Shown: positions 49,950-63,814 of the stretch, one piece after another
How positions within the stretch are numbered: the first letter of the stretch is position 1
Layout of the letters: each line of letters starts with the position of its first letter
From: Malacoraja senta
Taxonomy: Eukaryota
DNA length: 64,000 nt
NCBI GenBank assembly: GCA_038087875.1
Contig: CM075995.1
Location: 6,326,001-6,390,000, forward strand
Direction of reading: 5' to 3'
Notes under the pieces: generated by a model
What the model saw: the letters and a program-made list of their open reading frames with translations, nothing else
Told to the model about the DNA's origin: nothing
Databases searched by the model: none
Program-made: the position numbers and the translations under genes

Positions 49950-50765
49950 TAGGGGTGCCGCATTGATGGCTGTCTGTCTGTTTTTCTATCTTTTTTTAAT
50001 TTTTAGTTTGTTTAAAAAGTAAGTTTTGGAGGATTTTTTTAGTATTTCTATGTGGGGAGGGGGGTAGGGTAAGGGGGAAACCGTTTCTCAGTCACTTCCT
50101 GGCGAGGATGTGACTATTTTCCGAGTTGCATCTTTCCCCCCCCCCCCCGCGGCCTACCAACTGGATTGGCACGGCATTTCCTGCCAGGGACCGGACCAAA
50201 GCTTCAGCAGCGGTGCAGCACTGGATACACCGCGGAGCAGGCGATGCCTTACCTGGATCGTCGTTTGAAGCTCCGGAGTGTTGGGCGTGCTGCTTCAAGA
50301 TCGCGGAGCTGTGGTTTGCAGAGCTTCCAGCGCGGGCGGCGCTGACTTCAACATCGCGGAGTCCTGGGATCCCTTTGCCAAGGGCCACCAGCGTGAATCT
50401 CCGCCCAGCTCGGCCTGTGGACTTCGGAAGCCGCGGTCTCCGATAGGAAGTGGCCGATTCGGAAGTCCATGCCGATGGGAATGTTCTCCTGTTCCGACGT
50501 CGGGGTTCCATCATCCGGCGAGCGGGCCTGAACATCGAGCCGCCCGTAGTGGCGACAGCGAGGGTTTAGGAGCCCCCCGACCACGGGTGAACAACAGAGG
50601 TGGATGACTGAACTTTGGTGCCTTCCCTCACTTTCATTCCGTTGTGTGGGGATGTCTATGTTAAAGACTATCGTGTTCTGTGCTCTTTTTTACTCGTATG
50701 GCTGTATGGTGACCACACATTTCACTGTACCAATTGGTACATGTGACAAATAAATGTCTCTTGTC
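49950..50765 (+). mobile_element. CpG-rich non-coding retroposon with Rex1-like 3' tail
   Basis: GC-rich body ending tttcactgtaccaattggtacatgtgacaaataaa, similar to the Rex1 3' ends in this window. Confidence 0.5.
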
Positions 50766-51889
50766 AATAAACACTCTTGACCCATGCCTTCTCTCCAGAG
50801 ATGCTGCCCGTCCCGCTGAGTTACTCCAGCATTTTGTGTTCATTGGCTCATCAAGTCTACTCTGCCATTCAATCGTGGCTGATCTATCTCTCCCTCCTAA
50901 CCCCATTCTCCTGCCTTCTCCCCCTGATACTCGTACTAATCAAGAATCTATCTACATCTGCCTTAATATTATCCATTGGCTGGGCCTCCAGGCCTTTCTG
51001 CCCACCGTGACCACGCCGACCATCGATCACCCTGTACCCTAATGCTATCCTACACACTAGAGGGACAATTTACAATCTTTATCAAAGCCAATTAACCTAC
51101 AAACCTGTATGCCTTTGGAGTGCGGGAGGAAACAGCAGATCCCGGAGAAAACCCACTCGGGTCACAGGGAGAACGTACAAACTCCGTACAGACAGGTTCC
51201 TGGCACTGTAACTCTACCGCTGCACTGCTGTGCCGCCATTATTGTTTTGTAAGCACACTATAGGTTTGTGAACACAGTACAGTATATAACATAATAATCA
51301 AACAAACAAAAAGAAATTCGATCAATAAAATAAGACCATATCGTGCAAAACAAAACAAAACGAAGTCCCTGGTGCAATCAACACAACTTGTAGTTCGAGG
51401 TTTAGTTGGTGTTTGTAGTGTTCAATAGGTGGGGGTCGGTGTTGACTCGGTGGGCCGAAGGACCTGTTTCCACTATCTCGAAACCAAACGGCCTTCTTCC
51501 AAAACTGCTTGCGTACGATAATGTCTAAACCTTTGTGTCGCTGAAAAACGTAGATGTGCTGCTCCTAGGTCATTCATATATGGAATTGTTAGGGTGACCA
51601 GTACACGTCCTTGTGCAATGTCCTGTCAATTTGTGTAGGAAGGAACTGCAGATGCTGGTTTAAACCGAAGATAGACACAAAATGCTGGAGTAACTCAGCG
51701 GGTCAGGAAGTATCTCTGGAGTAAAGGAATAGATGACTTTTTTGGGTCGAGACTCTTCTTCAGACCTGTCAATTTATATACCTGCTCCTATTCAATGCTC
51801 ATACTCTCTGACACTGCAACTCAGCCAGTTTCCTGGCCAGGTCAGTAGTTTGTCTTCCGTTCCACAGAACCTGGATCTCTGGCGTTGCA

Positions 51890-52570
51890 AGGCACTGGGC
51901 CTGTATTCGCTGGAATTTAGAAGAATGAGGGGGGACCCTCATTGAAACTTACCGAACAATGAAAGGCTTGGATAGATTAGATGTGGACAGGATGTATCCA
52001 CTAGTGGGAGTGTCTGGGATCAGAGGTGAAAGCCTCAGAATTAAACAACGTTCCTTTAGGAAGATGAGAAATTTATTTAGTCAGAGGGTGGTGAATCTGT
52101 GGAATTAAGTTTAAGTTCAAATTTATTTGTCACATGCACCATAAGGTGCAATGAAATGTACCATGCAGCGTTACAATTTAAAAAAGGACATAATACACAA
52201 CATAATTCAACACAGACATCCGCCACAACATTCTTCGCTGCGGTGGAAGGCGATACAGTTCAGACAGTCCTCCTCCCTTGTTCACCCATGGTCGGGGCCT
52301 TGACCCTCCTTAGTCATTGCTACAGATGGCCCAATGTTCAAGCCCTCTGGTCGGGATGGTCGGAAAGCCGACATCGGGATTAATTCCCACAGAAGGCTGT
52401 GGAGGCCAAGTCAATGGATGTTCCTAAGGCAGAGATAGATTCTCAATTAGGACAGTTGTTGGGGGTCACGGTGAAAAGGCAGGAGAATGGGGTTGAGAGG
52501 GAAAGATAAATCGGCCATGATTGAATGGCGTACACTTGATGGGCCAAATGGCCTAATTCTGCTCTTATGA
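51890..52570 (+). mobile_element. CR1 3' fragment split by a minus-strand short retroposon (~52106-52380)
   Basis: gtgaatctgtggaatt|...|aattcccacagaaggctgtggagg rejoins. Confidence 0.75.
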
Positions 52571-52647
52571 CATGAAAATTGTCTTCCATAAACACTTGTA
52601 CAACACAGTTGGTGCACTGAGTACTTAGCACCAAACCTCAAGAAGCA

Positions 52648-52905
52648 GTCTGAAGAAGGGTCTCGACACGAAACATCACCCGTGCCTCTCCAGAGATGCT
52701 GCCTGACCCGCTGAGATACTCCAGCATTTTGTGTGTACTTTCTCTCCAGAGATGCTGCCTGTCCCGCTGAGATACTCCAGCAATTTGTGTGTACTTTCTC
52801 TCCAGTGATGCTGCCTGTCCCGCTGAGATACTCCAGCATTTTGTGTCTACTTTCTCTCCAGAGATGCTGCCTGTCCCCGCTGAGTTCAGCTTTTTGTGTC
52901 TATCC
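52648..52905 (+). mobile_element. Penelope-type hammerhead element with four tandem ~56-bp arms
   Basis: ctgaagaagggtctcgacacgaaacatc followed by repeated ctccagagatgctgcctg..actccagc. Confidence 0.7.
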
Positions 52906-53597
52906 TCAAGAAGGATAATTTGTTCCTGGAAAGGGCATACATAGCGTTGGTTTGTCGGAATTTGTTAAACAAGTCAGAAAGATTCCGCAAATTAAAATCG
53001 CGCTTCCTGGGATTTGTAAGTGCAAGAAGCGATTCTCTTGAACATTAAGATATTAATGGGACCAACTGAGCAGATAAATAAACTATTCCTGCTTTTCAGA
53101 GAATTGTGTTAATTATACTTCTGTGAAAGTAATAAATGGGTGTGGGGCAAGGCAGATTAATGACGTTGTCTTGCATTAGATGCAATCTCGTTGCGCAATT
53201 GTCACTGGTGTGTTTGGGTTTAGTTTATTGTCACGTGTACCGAGGTACAGTGAAAAACTTTTGTTGCTAACCAGTCGCGTGGAAAGACCAGACATGATTG
53301 CAATCGAGCCATTTAGAGTGTACAGATACCTGATAGAGGGAATAACATTTAGTGCAAGGTGAAGTCCATCAAAGATAGTCCAAGGGTCTCCAATGGGACA
53401 GAAGGTAGTTCTAATGGGATACTGCTGGTGTACGGGTTGATCGCTGGTCGACACAGACTCAGTGGGCCGAAGGGTCTGAATCCACGCTGTATCTCGTCTA
53501 AAGGGTGCAGCTTGAGTGACTAATTATCCTCCTCTCCCAGTAGCAGGGTCTCGGTTCCCCCCCCCCCCCCCCCCGCCATCTCTTTCGAGCTTCAACA

Positions 53598-54110
53598 TAG
53601 GGAACCTCATTGAAACTTACAGAATAGTGAAAGGCCTGGGTAGATGATGTGGAGAGAATGTTTCTACTAGTGGGAGAGTCTAGGACTAGAGGGCACAGCC
53701 TCAGAATAAAAGGATGTACCTTTAGAAAGGAGAGGAGGAGTTTCCTTAGTCAGAGGTTGGTGAATAGAAACATAGGGTGCAGGAGTAGGCCATTTGGCCA
53801 TTCAAGCCAGCACCGCCATTCAATGTGATCATGGCTGATCATCCACAATCAGTACCCCGTTCCTGCCTTCTCCCCATATCCCTTGATTCCGCTAGCCCTA
53901 CGAGCTCTATCTAACTGTGGAATTCATTGCCACATGCGGCTGTGGAGGCCAAGTCGATGGATATTGTTATGGCGAAGGTAGACAGATTCTTGATTAGTAC
54001 GGGTGTCAGAGGTTATGGGGAGAAGGTAGGAGAATGGGGTTGAGAGGGAAAGACTGATGAGCTATGATTGAATGGCATAGACTTGATGGGCCAAATGGCC
54101 TAATTCTTTT
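53598..54110 (+). mobile_element. CR1 3' fragment with an opposite-strand CR1 tail nested at ~53764-53915
   Basis: ggtgaat|agaaacatag..ctaa|ctgtggaattc. Confidence 0.8.
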
Positions 54111-54574
54111 CCAATAAAGGTCTCTGAAGAAGGATCTGAACCCAAAATGTCACTCATTCCTTCTCTCCAGAGATGCTGCATGTCGCACTGAGTTACTCCA
54201 GCTTTTTGTGTATGTTTTAAACCTGCATCTGGAGTTCCTTCCTACACCTATAACTTATGAACTGGACTGTCGTCCATTGTTCCCCTCCCCCTTTCACCTA
54301 CATTCCTTCCTCAGGTTTCACAATACACACGTCTTCTATCCTCTCAATAGAAGACATTGTTAAAGCTGCACTATCATCTCTCGCAGATGCTAACTTTGTT
54401 TTTTCATCTCTGTCCAACATCTTCCTAAAACCCCCTTATCTGACGCATCTAACACTTGTCAGGCTTTGGCCAACCTCTCTTCCTGCTTTCTTCCTCTTTC
54501 CCCTGCCACGTTCAGTCTGAAGAAGTTTTCCACCCCAAAATATCACCCATATAAGCAAGGATGTGCAGTAAAAT

Positions 54575-57500
54575 ACTCGGGATCAATCTTGACTGCGGGT
54601 GCCGTTTGTACGGTCTCCCCGTGACCTGTGTGGGTTTTATCTGGGATCTCCGGTTTCCTTCCACACCCCAAAGACGTACAGGTTTGTAGGTTAATTGGCC
54701 TTGGTATATTTGTAAATTGTCCCTAGTGTGTGTAGGATAGTGTTAATGTGCGGGTCGGCGTGGACTTTTTTAGGCTGGAGGGCCTGTTTCTGACATGTAT
54801 CTTTAAACAAACTGATAATCCAGCATTTCTAGACTACTGGATGTTATTCATATTGATGACTCGACATGCTTAAATTTTGCTTTGTATGTTAAAAGATCCT
54901 ACACAGTATTGTTGTAAATTCTTCAGTGACCCCCTTTAGGTTTGAGGCAAACGAGAACCGGAACCGCTGTGCGTCTCGTGGGAGCCTGGGGAAACATTTA
55001 TCTGGTGAGCCAGAAACAGCACCATTAAGATTATTGATAGTCAGACAGTGAATTATTTGGAGAGAAAAAAAGGCACAAAGTGCTGGAGTAACTCAGCGTG
55101 CCAGCTTCTACAGTTCCTTGTAACCATAGTGAATTATTGGAGATTTACTATAATCCTGCACACTAGGCAGTACAGTGAAGGTTCTGTGTCTAAGGTGAGG
55201 TGGGAAAGAATTAATAGAAACCCAAGGGTTACCTTTTTCACACAAAGGGTGTATGGAACGAGCTGTCGGAGGAGGTAGTTGAGGCAGGTACTGTCAGAAC
55301 ATTGAAGAAACATTTAGACCGGTACATGGATCGGACAGGTTTGCAGGGATATGGTCCAAATGCTTGCGGGTGGGACTGGTGTAGCTGGGACATAAATGTT
55401 GGCCAGTGTAGGCGTTGGACCGAAGGGCCTGTTTCCACACTGTATCACTCTATGCCACTATCTACAGGGTGATCGCTAGTCCGCACGGACTTGGTGGGTC
55501 AAAGAGCCTGTTTCCACGTTGTATCTCTGAATTGAACGAAACAAGAACAGTGCAAAACTCTTCCGAATTCTCAGCGGCTACACATACATTCATTGGCGTT
55601 GTATTTGGTAGCGTTCACTGAGCCATCATTACACCAGGCACCCTTGCCACTCATGTGGCCTCCTGGGGCCAGTTTAGAGATACAGCACAGAAACAGGCCC
55701 TTCTTCGCACCGACCAGCGATCTCCGCACACTACCTACACACACTAGGGATAATTTTACATTTACATCAAGCCAATTGACCTACAAACCTGTACGTCTTG
55801 TAGTGTGGGAGGAAACCGGAGCACCCAGAGAAAACCCACGCAGGTCACGGGGAGAACGTACCTACTCTGTACAGACAGCACCTGTTGTCAAGATCGAACC
55901 CGGGTGGCTGTAAGGCAGCAACTCTATCGCTGCACCACTGTATTGGCCTGGGATCAGGCAACTGAACTATCCTATCACCACCTAGAGAGTAATCCGGACC
56001 TACCATCTACCTCATTGAAGACCCTCTGACTATCTTTAATCGGGCTTTACTGGACTTTATCTTGCACTAAATGTTCTACCCTTTATCATGTATCTGTACA
56101 CTGGAGGGCCCGATTATAATCATGTATAGTCTTTCTGCTGACAGGATAGCACGCAACATTGGTGCACGCGACAATAATAAACTAAACTAACATTTTAAGA
56201 ATATAGGAAAGAACTGCAGGTGATGGTTGAGACCAAAGATAGGCACAATATGCTGCAGTAACTCAGTGGGTCAGGCAGCATCCCTGGAGAAAAGAGATGG
56301 ATGATGTTTCGGGTTGGAACTCTTCTTCAGGCTGATAGATAGAGAATAGGAACCTTCTGCAGGAGAATGGAAAGGGAGGAAAAGATAGATCAGCCATCGA
56401 GTAGAATGGCCAAATTCTGCTCCTAGAACCTATGAGCTTGGGAAGAATGGTTCCAACCTGAAACGCCATTTAAAATTGTAAGAATGTGGGAATCCAGATT
56501 TATGGGGGTTTGGCATGTGTGGACTTGAAGCCAAGATTAGATCACCCTTGAATGTTGGATGATACTGCCTGATCTAAAGAATGGAGTGAATGTCGGGAAG
56601 GCTGCAGTGATTATTTAGCAGATATTCCTTGTGTGTGGCAATTGGGCGGCACGATGGTGCAGCGGTAGAGCTGCTGCCTCACAATGCCAGTGACCATGGT
56701 TTGATGCTGACCGCGGGTGCTGTCTGTACAGAGTTTGTACATTCTCCCCTTGACCTGCATGGGTTTTTTCCGGGATCTTCGGTTTCCTCCCACACTCCCA
56801 AGGACGTACAGGTTTGTAGGTCATTTGGCTTGGTATAAATGTAAAAATTGTCCCTAGTTTTTGTGTGTAGGATAGTGTTGGTGTGCGGGAATTGCTGGTC
56901 GGTGCCAACTCGGTGGACGGAAGTGCTTGTTTCAGCACTGTATCTCAAAATCTAAACCAAACCCAAATTCTATGCCATATTATCCTGACGTTTGCATCCG
57001 ATGCTTGTGGATTTGAGTTGGTGCCTGTGGGATTGTACACGGCAAAGTTTGTTGGGGAGGAGTGAAGGAGGGAAGTATACTTCGTTCATAATCCAAGAGA
57101 CATTTGGTAAAATTCAGTCAAAGCTTCCAGAATTCTTTAAGCCTTTAAGGGCGGCACAGTGGCGAAGCAGAGTTGCTGCCTTACAAGGCCATAGACCCGG
57201 GCTCCATCCTGACCCACGGGTGCTGTCTGTAGGGGAGTTTTGCATTCTCCCCGTGACCTATGTGGGTTTTCTCCGGGTGCTCTGGTTTCCTTCTACACTC
57301 CAAAGACGCACAGGTTTGTACCGAAGATAGATATACAATGTTGGTATAACTCAGCGGGACAGACAACATCTCTAGAGAAGAAATGGTTGATGTTTCATGT
57401 TGAGACCCTTCTTCAGTACAGGTTTATAGGTTGATTGGCTTCTGTACATTATCCCTAATGTGTAGGATAGAACAAGTGTATGGGGTAAAATTGTAAATTG

Positions 57501-58640
57501 TCCCTATTGTGTGTAGGAACGTGTTGGCATAAGGGGTGATCGCTGGTCAGCACGGACTCGGTGGCCCCGAAGGGCCTGTTACTGTGTTGTATATCTTAAA
57601 CTAAACTAAATTGCAACAAAGCCAGATAAACTTAGTAGACGATATAAAAGGAAATTAGCAGGTAGTAAATTCTAAAATCTTGCCAACCTGCAATTCTTGG
57701 AATTAGGAAGTGAAACGTGTTTTGAGATGATGTGATGACTCAAGATAAGTGCGGTTTTGACCTTGAGGCAGATATTTTTCTTAAAGGAAAATGAACTAGC
57801 TTTAGGTAGACACAAAATGCTGGAGTAACTCAGTGGGTGAAGCTTGAGCTCTGGAGAGGAATGAGCGACGTTTCGGGTCGAGACCCTTCTTCAGTCTGAA
57901 GAACGCGAAACATCACTTACCCATTTCCTCCATGACCGGGAACCCACCCGGAAGGCCCGGCTCGTCCACCCAGAGAGGAGAGACAGACCCGCCACCAGCA
58001 GCCCACTCCCCGGTCGAGGCCGGGCACTCCCTCCCGCAGGCAGTCTCCTGACCAACCCTCTGTCCCGGCTCCCTCCTCTCTGGGTTACTGGTCGTAGAGG
58101 AAATGGGCAGGTGATGTTTTTTTTAGTCAGGACCCTTCTGACCTCTTCCACAGATGCTGCCTGACCTGCTGAGTTCCTCCAGCACTTTGTGTTTTGCTCA
58201 AGATTGCAGCATATGCAATTCATTGTGTCTCAATATTCCAGCTGCTTTCTTTGGCACAGTATTCTGAAAATAGACTGTGTACTTTAACATCTCTTTGAGG
58301 AGAGTGGATTACGTGTAGGCAGATAAGAATTGAATGAGACTTAGTTTAGTTTAGAAATACAGTACGGAAACAGGCTCTTTGACCTATCATCCGCACCAAC
58401 TAGCGATCCCCACACATTAACACTATCCTACACACACTAGGGACAATATGCACATCAAGCCAATTAACTACACACCTGTATGTCTTTGGAGTATGGGAGG
58501 AAACCGAAGATCTCGGGGAAACCCCACGCGGTCATGGGAGAATGTACAAACTCAGTACAGAAGGCAGCAGTAGTCTGGATCAAACCCGGGTCTCTGGCGC
58601 TGTAAAGCAGCAAATCTACTGCTGTGCCACGGTGCCGCCT
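54575..58640. mobile_element. Cluster of V-SINEs (54575-54812+, 55670-55940-, 56644-56960+, 57148-57610+, 58340-58640-) with CR1/Rex1 tails and hammerhead elements
   Basis: SINE consensus matched by eye. Confidence 0.8.
57866..57915. ncRNA. Abutting inverted hammerhead motifs
   Basis: Minus 57866-57894 CUGAAGA-AGGGUCUCGACCC-GAAA-CGUC is intact; the plus partner CUGAAGAACGCGAAACAUC has a collapsed stem II. Confidence 0.6.
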
Positions 58641-58711
58641 ACCATAATCATCGTACTAGATTCTCTCTCCTCATGAGTTGAGTTGTGTTTAAGAAAATCA
58701 TTTTGCTGTTT

Positions 58712-59338
58712 CAATTTCAGTTATTGTCATGTGTATCGAGGTACAGTGCAAAGCTTTTGTTGCGTGCCAACCAGTCAGTGCAAAGACAACACATGATTAC
58801 AATCGAGCCGGCTTGTCCACAGTGTACAGATACAGTCCAAGGTAAAGCCAGCAAAGTCCGATCAAAGATAGTCCAAGGGGCACTGATGAAGTAGATAGTA
58901 GTTCAGCACTGCTCTCTAGTTGTTGATAGGATGGTTCAGTTGCCTGATAACAGCTGGGAAGAGATTGTCTCTGAACCTGGAGGTGAGAGTTTTCACACTT
59001 CTATACCTTTTGCCTGATGGGAGAGGGGAGAAGAGGGAGTGGCCAAGGGTGCAATTCGTCCTTGATTATGCTGCTGGCCTTGCCGGGGCAGCGTGAGGTA
59101 TAAATGGAGTCAATGGAAGGGCGGTTGGTTTGTGTGATGGTCTTGGGCTGAGCTCACAATTCTCTGCGATTTATTGCGGTCTTGGATAGAGCTGTTCCCA
59201 AACCAAGCTGCAATGCATCTCGATAAAATGTTTTTTCCGGCACATCTGTAGAAGTTTTTGAGAGTTGTTGGGGGGGGGGGGCTTCCTTAGATTTCTGAGG
59301 AAGTAGAGGCGTTGGTGTGCTTTCTTGGCCGTTGCTTT
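58712..59338 (-). mobile_element. Rex1/Babar-type LINE 3' fragment (second family)
   Basis: Homologous to 28622-29472; shorter copies at ~36108-36200/38090-38210, 40695-41095, 53218-53410 and 55955-56190. Confidence 0.8.
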
Positions 59339-59994
59339 GGGGTGATTGCTGGTCGATTGCTGGACTTGGTGGGCCGAAGGGCCTGTTTCCGTGCTGTATC
59401 TCTAACGTAAAGTGTAAAGTTCAGGACCTCTAATCCTGGCAACATCCACGGAAATCTTCTTTGCACCCTTTGGAAAAATATATTTGTGCAGTACAGTACC
59501 ATGTCATGGATATAATAATTGTGCAGTGGTGTAATCAGATAATTGCCCTGGGAATATAATGTCTTGTTTAGTCTCAATAGGAGCGAGATGTTTATGTGCA
59601 GTACCTTGCCTACCAAATCAGTCATCTCCTTAGTTGCTATACCATTCTACTCTGAACAAAGAAAGGCATGTCAGTGTGGAACATGTGGTTCTTGGGGGCT
59701 TTGGGATATAATGTTTATACTGTGTAGTAGATATAATGTTTATACTGTGTGTGTGTGCTTTATACTTGACTTAATGTAGACATTTCACTGTGGAAAGATT
59801 AGGGCAATATTATTGTCATGACTACACTTCAACAATATTCCATTGGTTTGTTAAATTGCTAAACACGTGAGAATATCTTGAGGTTGTGAAGAATGTTTTT
59901 TAGTTTTTAAAGATGCAGTGGGGAAACCAGCCCTTCGGCCCAACTTGCCCACGCTGACCAACATGCCCCATCTACACTTATCCTGGCACTAACT

Positions 59995-60262
59995 GGGGCA
60001 GTATGAGTGGCGCAGCGTAGAGTTTCTGCCTCATGACTACATGTGCTATCAGTGCGGAGGATGTACATTCTCCCCGTGAACTGAATTAGTTTTCTCCGGT
60101 TGCTCCGGTTTCCTCCCACACTCCAAAGACGTACATATTTATAAATTAATTGGCCTTGGAAAAATTGTAAATTGTCCATAGTGTGTAGGATAGTGCGAGT
60201 GTACGTTGTGATCGCTGGTCAGAGCGGACTCGAAGGGCCTGTTACCACTGTATCTCTAACAT
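59995..60262 (+). mobile_element. V-SINE (HE1-like)
   Basis: SINE consensus. Confidence 0.8.
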
Positions 60263-61279
60263 CTAATTGTACAATTATAAGTTCTAAGGAATTTGTAGTT
60301 GGCCATTGTGGAGAAACTTGAGTGTGATGTCAAATGGCATTTCAAAACATTATCTTTTACTGCAGTAAAATCGTCTGTGGAACTTTGAAGATGCAAAGCT
60401 GTGTTGTAAAATCTTGTAACTTAGATGGGAAATTTGCAATTAAACACAATCTTGTCTTCCATGTCAGCACCAGTGTGCATTGTGGAAGTGTGTGGATAGC
60501 TATTAAAGATGGAGATTCTGTTCTTGTGACACACTCCTCTCATTCCCTGTGCTAGGATTTTGGCAGCGGCTTTTGATAACCAAACCTGTTCATAAGTTCT
60601 AGGAGCAGAATTAGACCATTCGGCCCATCAAGTCTACTCCACCATACACTTCTGACACCCGTACCAATTAAGAATTTATCAATCTACACCTTAAAAATAT
60701 CCATTGACCTGGCCTCCACAGACGTCTGCAGTAATGAATTCCACAGATTCACCACCCTCTGACCAAAGAAATTCCTCATCATCTTACTAAAGGAACGTCC
60801 TTGAGAAGATCCAGAACTTGTCTCACTTGAGATAAATTAATGTGGCACACACATACTGGAGACCAGGCAGCCCAATTAATGACTTTGTGTGTAGGAAGAA
60901 ACTGCAGATGCTGGTTTACACTGAAGATAGTCTCAAAATGCTGGAATAACTCAGCGGGTCAGGCAGCATCTCTGGAGAGAAGGAATGGGTGACGTTTCCA
61001 GAGATGCCGAGTTATTCCAGTAGATTGTGTCCATCGTGTTTATTGTGTCTAAGCCTAATGGCTTTGTAGCTTGTTATCCCTCGTGTTCCTATTAAAGCTT
61101 CTCTTTCTCCACCCCCCCCCCCCCCCCCCCACTCTCACCTTCCACCTATGTCCTCTGGATCTCAATTTTCCCTTATTCTGGTAACCAGCTCTCCCCATCA
61201 GCTACAGAGAAAACAATCCAAGTTTGTCCAACATCACCTCATGGCTAAAAGTCAAACATCAAGAGTGTTGTATTGACCA

Positions 61280-61660
61280 AATTCATAGTCATTGAGTGAT
61301 AATACAGCGTGAAAATAGGTCCTTCGGCCCAACTGTCCCATCTGCACGGGTCCCATCTGCCTGCATTTGTTGCATCCATGTACCTGTCTAACATTGGGAT
61401 ACTCCCGGTCTCAACCACCTCCTCTGGCAGCTTGTTCCATACACCCACCACCCTTTGTGTGAAAACATTACCCCTCAGATTCCTATTAAATCATTTAATC
61501 TTCGCCTTAAACCTATGTCCACTGCTCTTCGATTCACCTACTCTGGCCAAGAGACTCTGTGCATCTACCTGATCTATTCCTATCATGATCTCGTACACCT
61601 CTATAAGATTACCCCACATCCTCCTGCGTTCCAAGGAATAGAGTCCCAGCCTACTCAACT
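61280..61660 (-). mobile_element. CR1 3' fragment
   Basis: LSRLGLYSLERRRMWGNLIEVY..VGVWNKLPEEVVE. Confidence 0.85.
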
Positions 61661-61741
61661 TTCCCCTTGGAGTTGCACCCACCTAGATTCCACCCCCCAG
61701 TACTTTCCTCTCTCTGGTTTCGCAATCCACCATTCTGAAGT

Positions 61742-61772
61742 CTGACGAAGGATTCCGACCCGAAACGTCACC
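61742..61772 (+). ncRNA. Minimal hammerhead motif (core intact, imperfect stem II)
   Basis: CUGACGA-AGGAUUCCGACCC-GAAA-CGUC-ACC. Confidence 0.5.
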
Positions 61773-61897
61773 TATTTCTCTGCCGCTGAGTTGCTCCAGC
61801 TTTTTAAGCCTGTCTTGCACCTTCATTTCTTGACTCTGACCTTTGTTCCAACCATTAATTGGTTTGAAGAAGGGGCGGCACAGTGGTGTAGTGTTAA

Positions 61898-62790
61898 TAG
61901 AAAACATAGAAACATAGAAAATAGGTGCAGGAGTAGGCCATTCAGCCCCTCGAGCCTGCACCGCCATTCAATATGATCATGGCTGGTCATCCAACTCAGT
62001 ATCCTGTACCTGCCTTCTCTCCATACCCCCTGATCCCTTTAGCCACAAGGGCCACATCTAACTCCCTCTTAAACATAGCCAATGAACTGGCCTCAACTAC
62101 CTTCTGTGGGAGAGAGTTCCACAGATTCAACAACTTGCAATATCCTGTATGTTATATGTCTGTCTCTCCCCCATTATCCACCAAGCACCAGGTGTGTGTT
62201 GTGTGTTCAATCCTGACTACGGGTGCTGTCTGTATGGAATTTGTAAGTTCTTTCCGTGACGTGCGTGGGTTTTCTCCGGGTGCTCCGGTTTCCTCCCGCA
62301 CTGAAGACGTGCAGGTTTGTAGATTAATTGGCTTCAGTAAAATTGTGAATTGTCCCTAGTGTGTGTAGGATAGTGCTAGTGTACGGGGTCATAGCTGGTC
62401 GGTGCCGCCTCAGTGGGCCGAAGGGCCTGCTTCCGCGCTGTATCTTAAGTGATTAGACAGGCTAGATGCAGGAAAAAATGTTCCCCATGTTGGGGGAGTC
62501 AGGACCAGGGGTCACAGTTTAAGAATAAGGGGTAGGCCATTCAGGAGTGAGATGAGGAAAAACGTTTTCACTTAGAGAATTGTGAATTTGTGGAATTCTC
62601 TGCCACAGAAGGCAGTGGAGGCTAATTCACTGGATGTATTCATGAGAGAGATTTGGCTCTGAGGGCTAACTGAATCAAGGGATATGGGGGGGGGAAGCAG
62701 GAATGGGGTACTGATTTTGGATGATCAGCCATGATCATATTGAATGGCAGTGCTGGCTCGAATGGCCTACTTTTTTCTATGTTTCTATCT
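61898..62790. mobile_element. Young CR1 tail (61898-62130, minus), V-SINE (62205-62445, plus) and CR1 tail (62450-62790, plus)
   Basis: Matches to other copies in the window. Confidence 0.85.
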
Positions 62791-63164
62791 CAAAGTCTAA
62801 AGGGTTCCGACCTGAAACGTCACGTATACAAGTTCTCGAGAAATGGTGTCTGACCTGAGTTACGCCAGCACTTTGTGTCCTTTTGTGTATTAGCCAGCAT
62901 TTGCAGTTCTATATTTCTGCATAGCAATGTTCTTATTTAGTTTTATTTTACATGGAATAACGTAATAGTTTGAAATGCACACCCTCCAAGCTGCAGGTGG
63001 GAGCAGAAGATTGATCAAAACTGACTGAACTTGCAAAGACTGAACATCTTGAGTTTATACTCCCTGTTTTGAATTTTCTACTCGTCAGTCATCTTATCAC
63101 ACTAATTTTTTCAAGCTGTTGGTGATGGTTGGATGTTTTTCCATGTGCACTTTATAAGAGGAGA

Positions 63165-63740
63165 TGTATGCATTATTTGAGGCTCTGTTAGGCGCTGGCA
63201 GGCTATATTTGGAATATTTTGGGCACCATATCTGAGGAAGGATGTGCTGGCTCTGGAGAGGGTCCAGAGGAGGTTTACAAGAATGATCCCAGGAATGAGT
63301 AGGTTAACATTTGATGAAAGTTTGTCGGCACTGGGGCTGTACTCACTGGAGTTTCGAAGAATGAGGGGGGGACCTCATTGAAATACAGAATAGTGAAAGG
63401 CTTGGATAGAGTGGATGTGGGGACGATGTTTCCACTAGTGGGAGGGTCTAGGACTAGAGGTCATAGTCTCATGGACGTTCTTTTACGAAGGAGATGAAAA
63501 GAAATTTCTCTAGTCAGAGGGTGGTGAATCTGTGGAATTCTTTGCCACAGAAGGCTGTGGCGGCAAAGTCAGTTGATATATTTAAGGCAGAGATAGATTG
63601 TTGATTAGTGCAGGTGTGAGAGGTTATGGGGAAAAGGCAGGAGAATGGGGTTAGGAGGGAGAGAGATCAGCCATGATTGAATGGCGGAGTAGACTTGATG
63701 GGCCGAATGACCTAATTCTACTATCACATATAACTTATGA
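63165..63740 (+). mobile_element. CR1 3' fragment
   Basis: WAPYLRKDVLALERVQRRFTRMIPGM..LGLYSLEFRRMRG. Confidence 0.88.
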
Positions 63741-63814
63741 TTAGCTTTGTGCAACGTGTGTATTTTGTGGCAGAAGTTTGACAGCCTTTGTGGTGTTTAT
63801 ACTATAAGGTCCTA

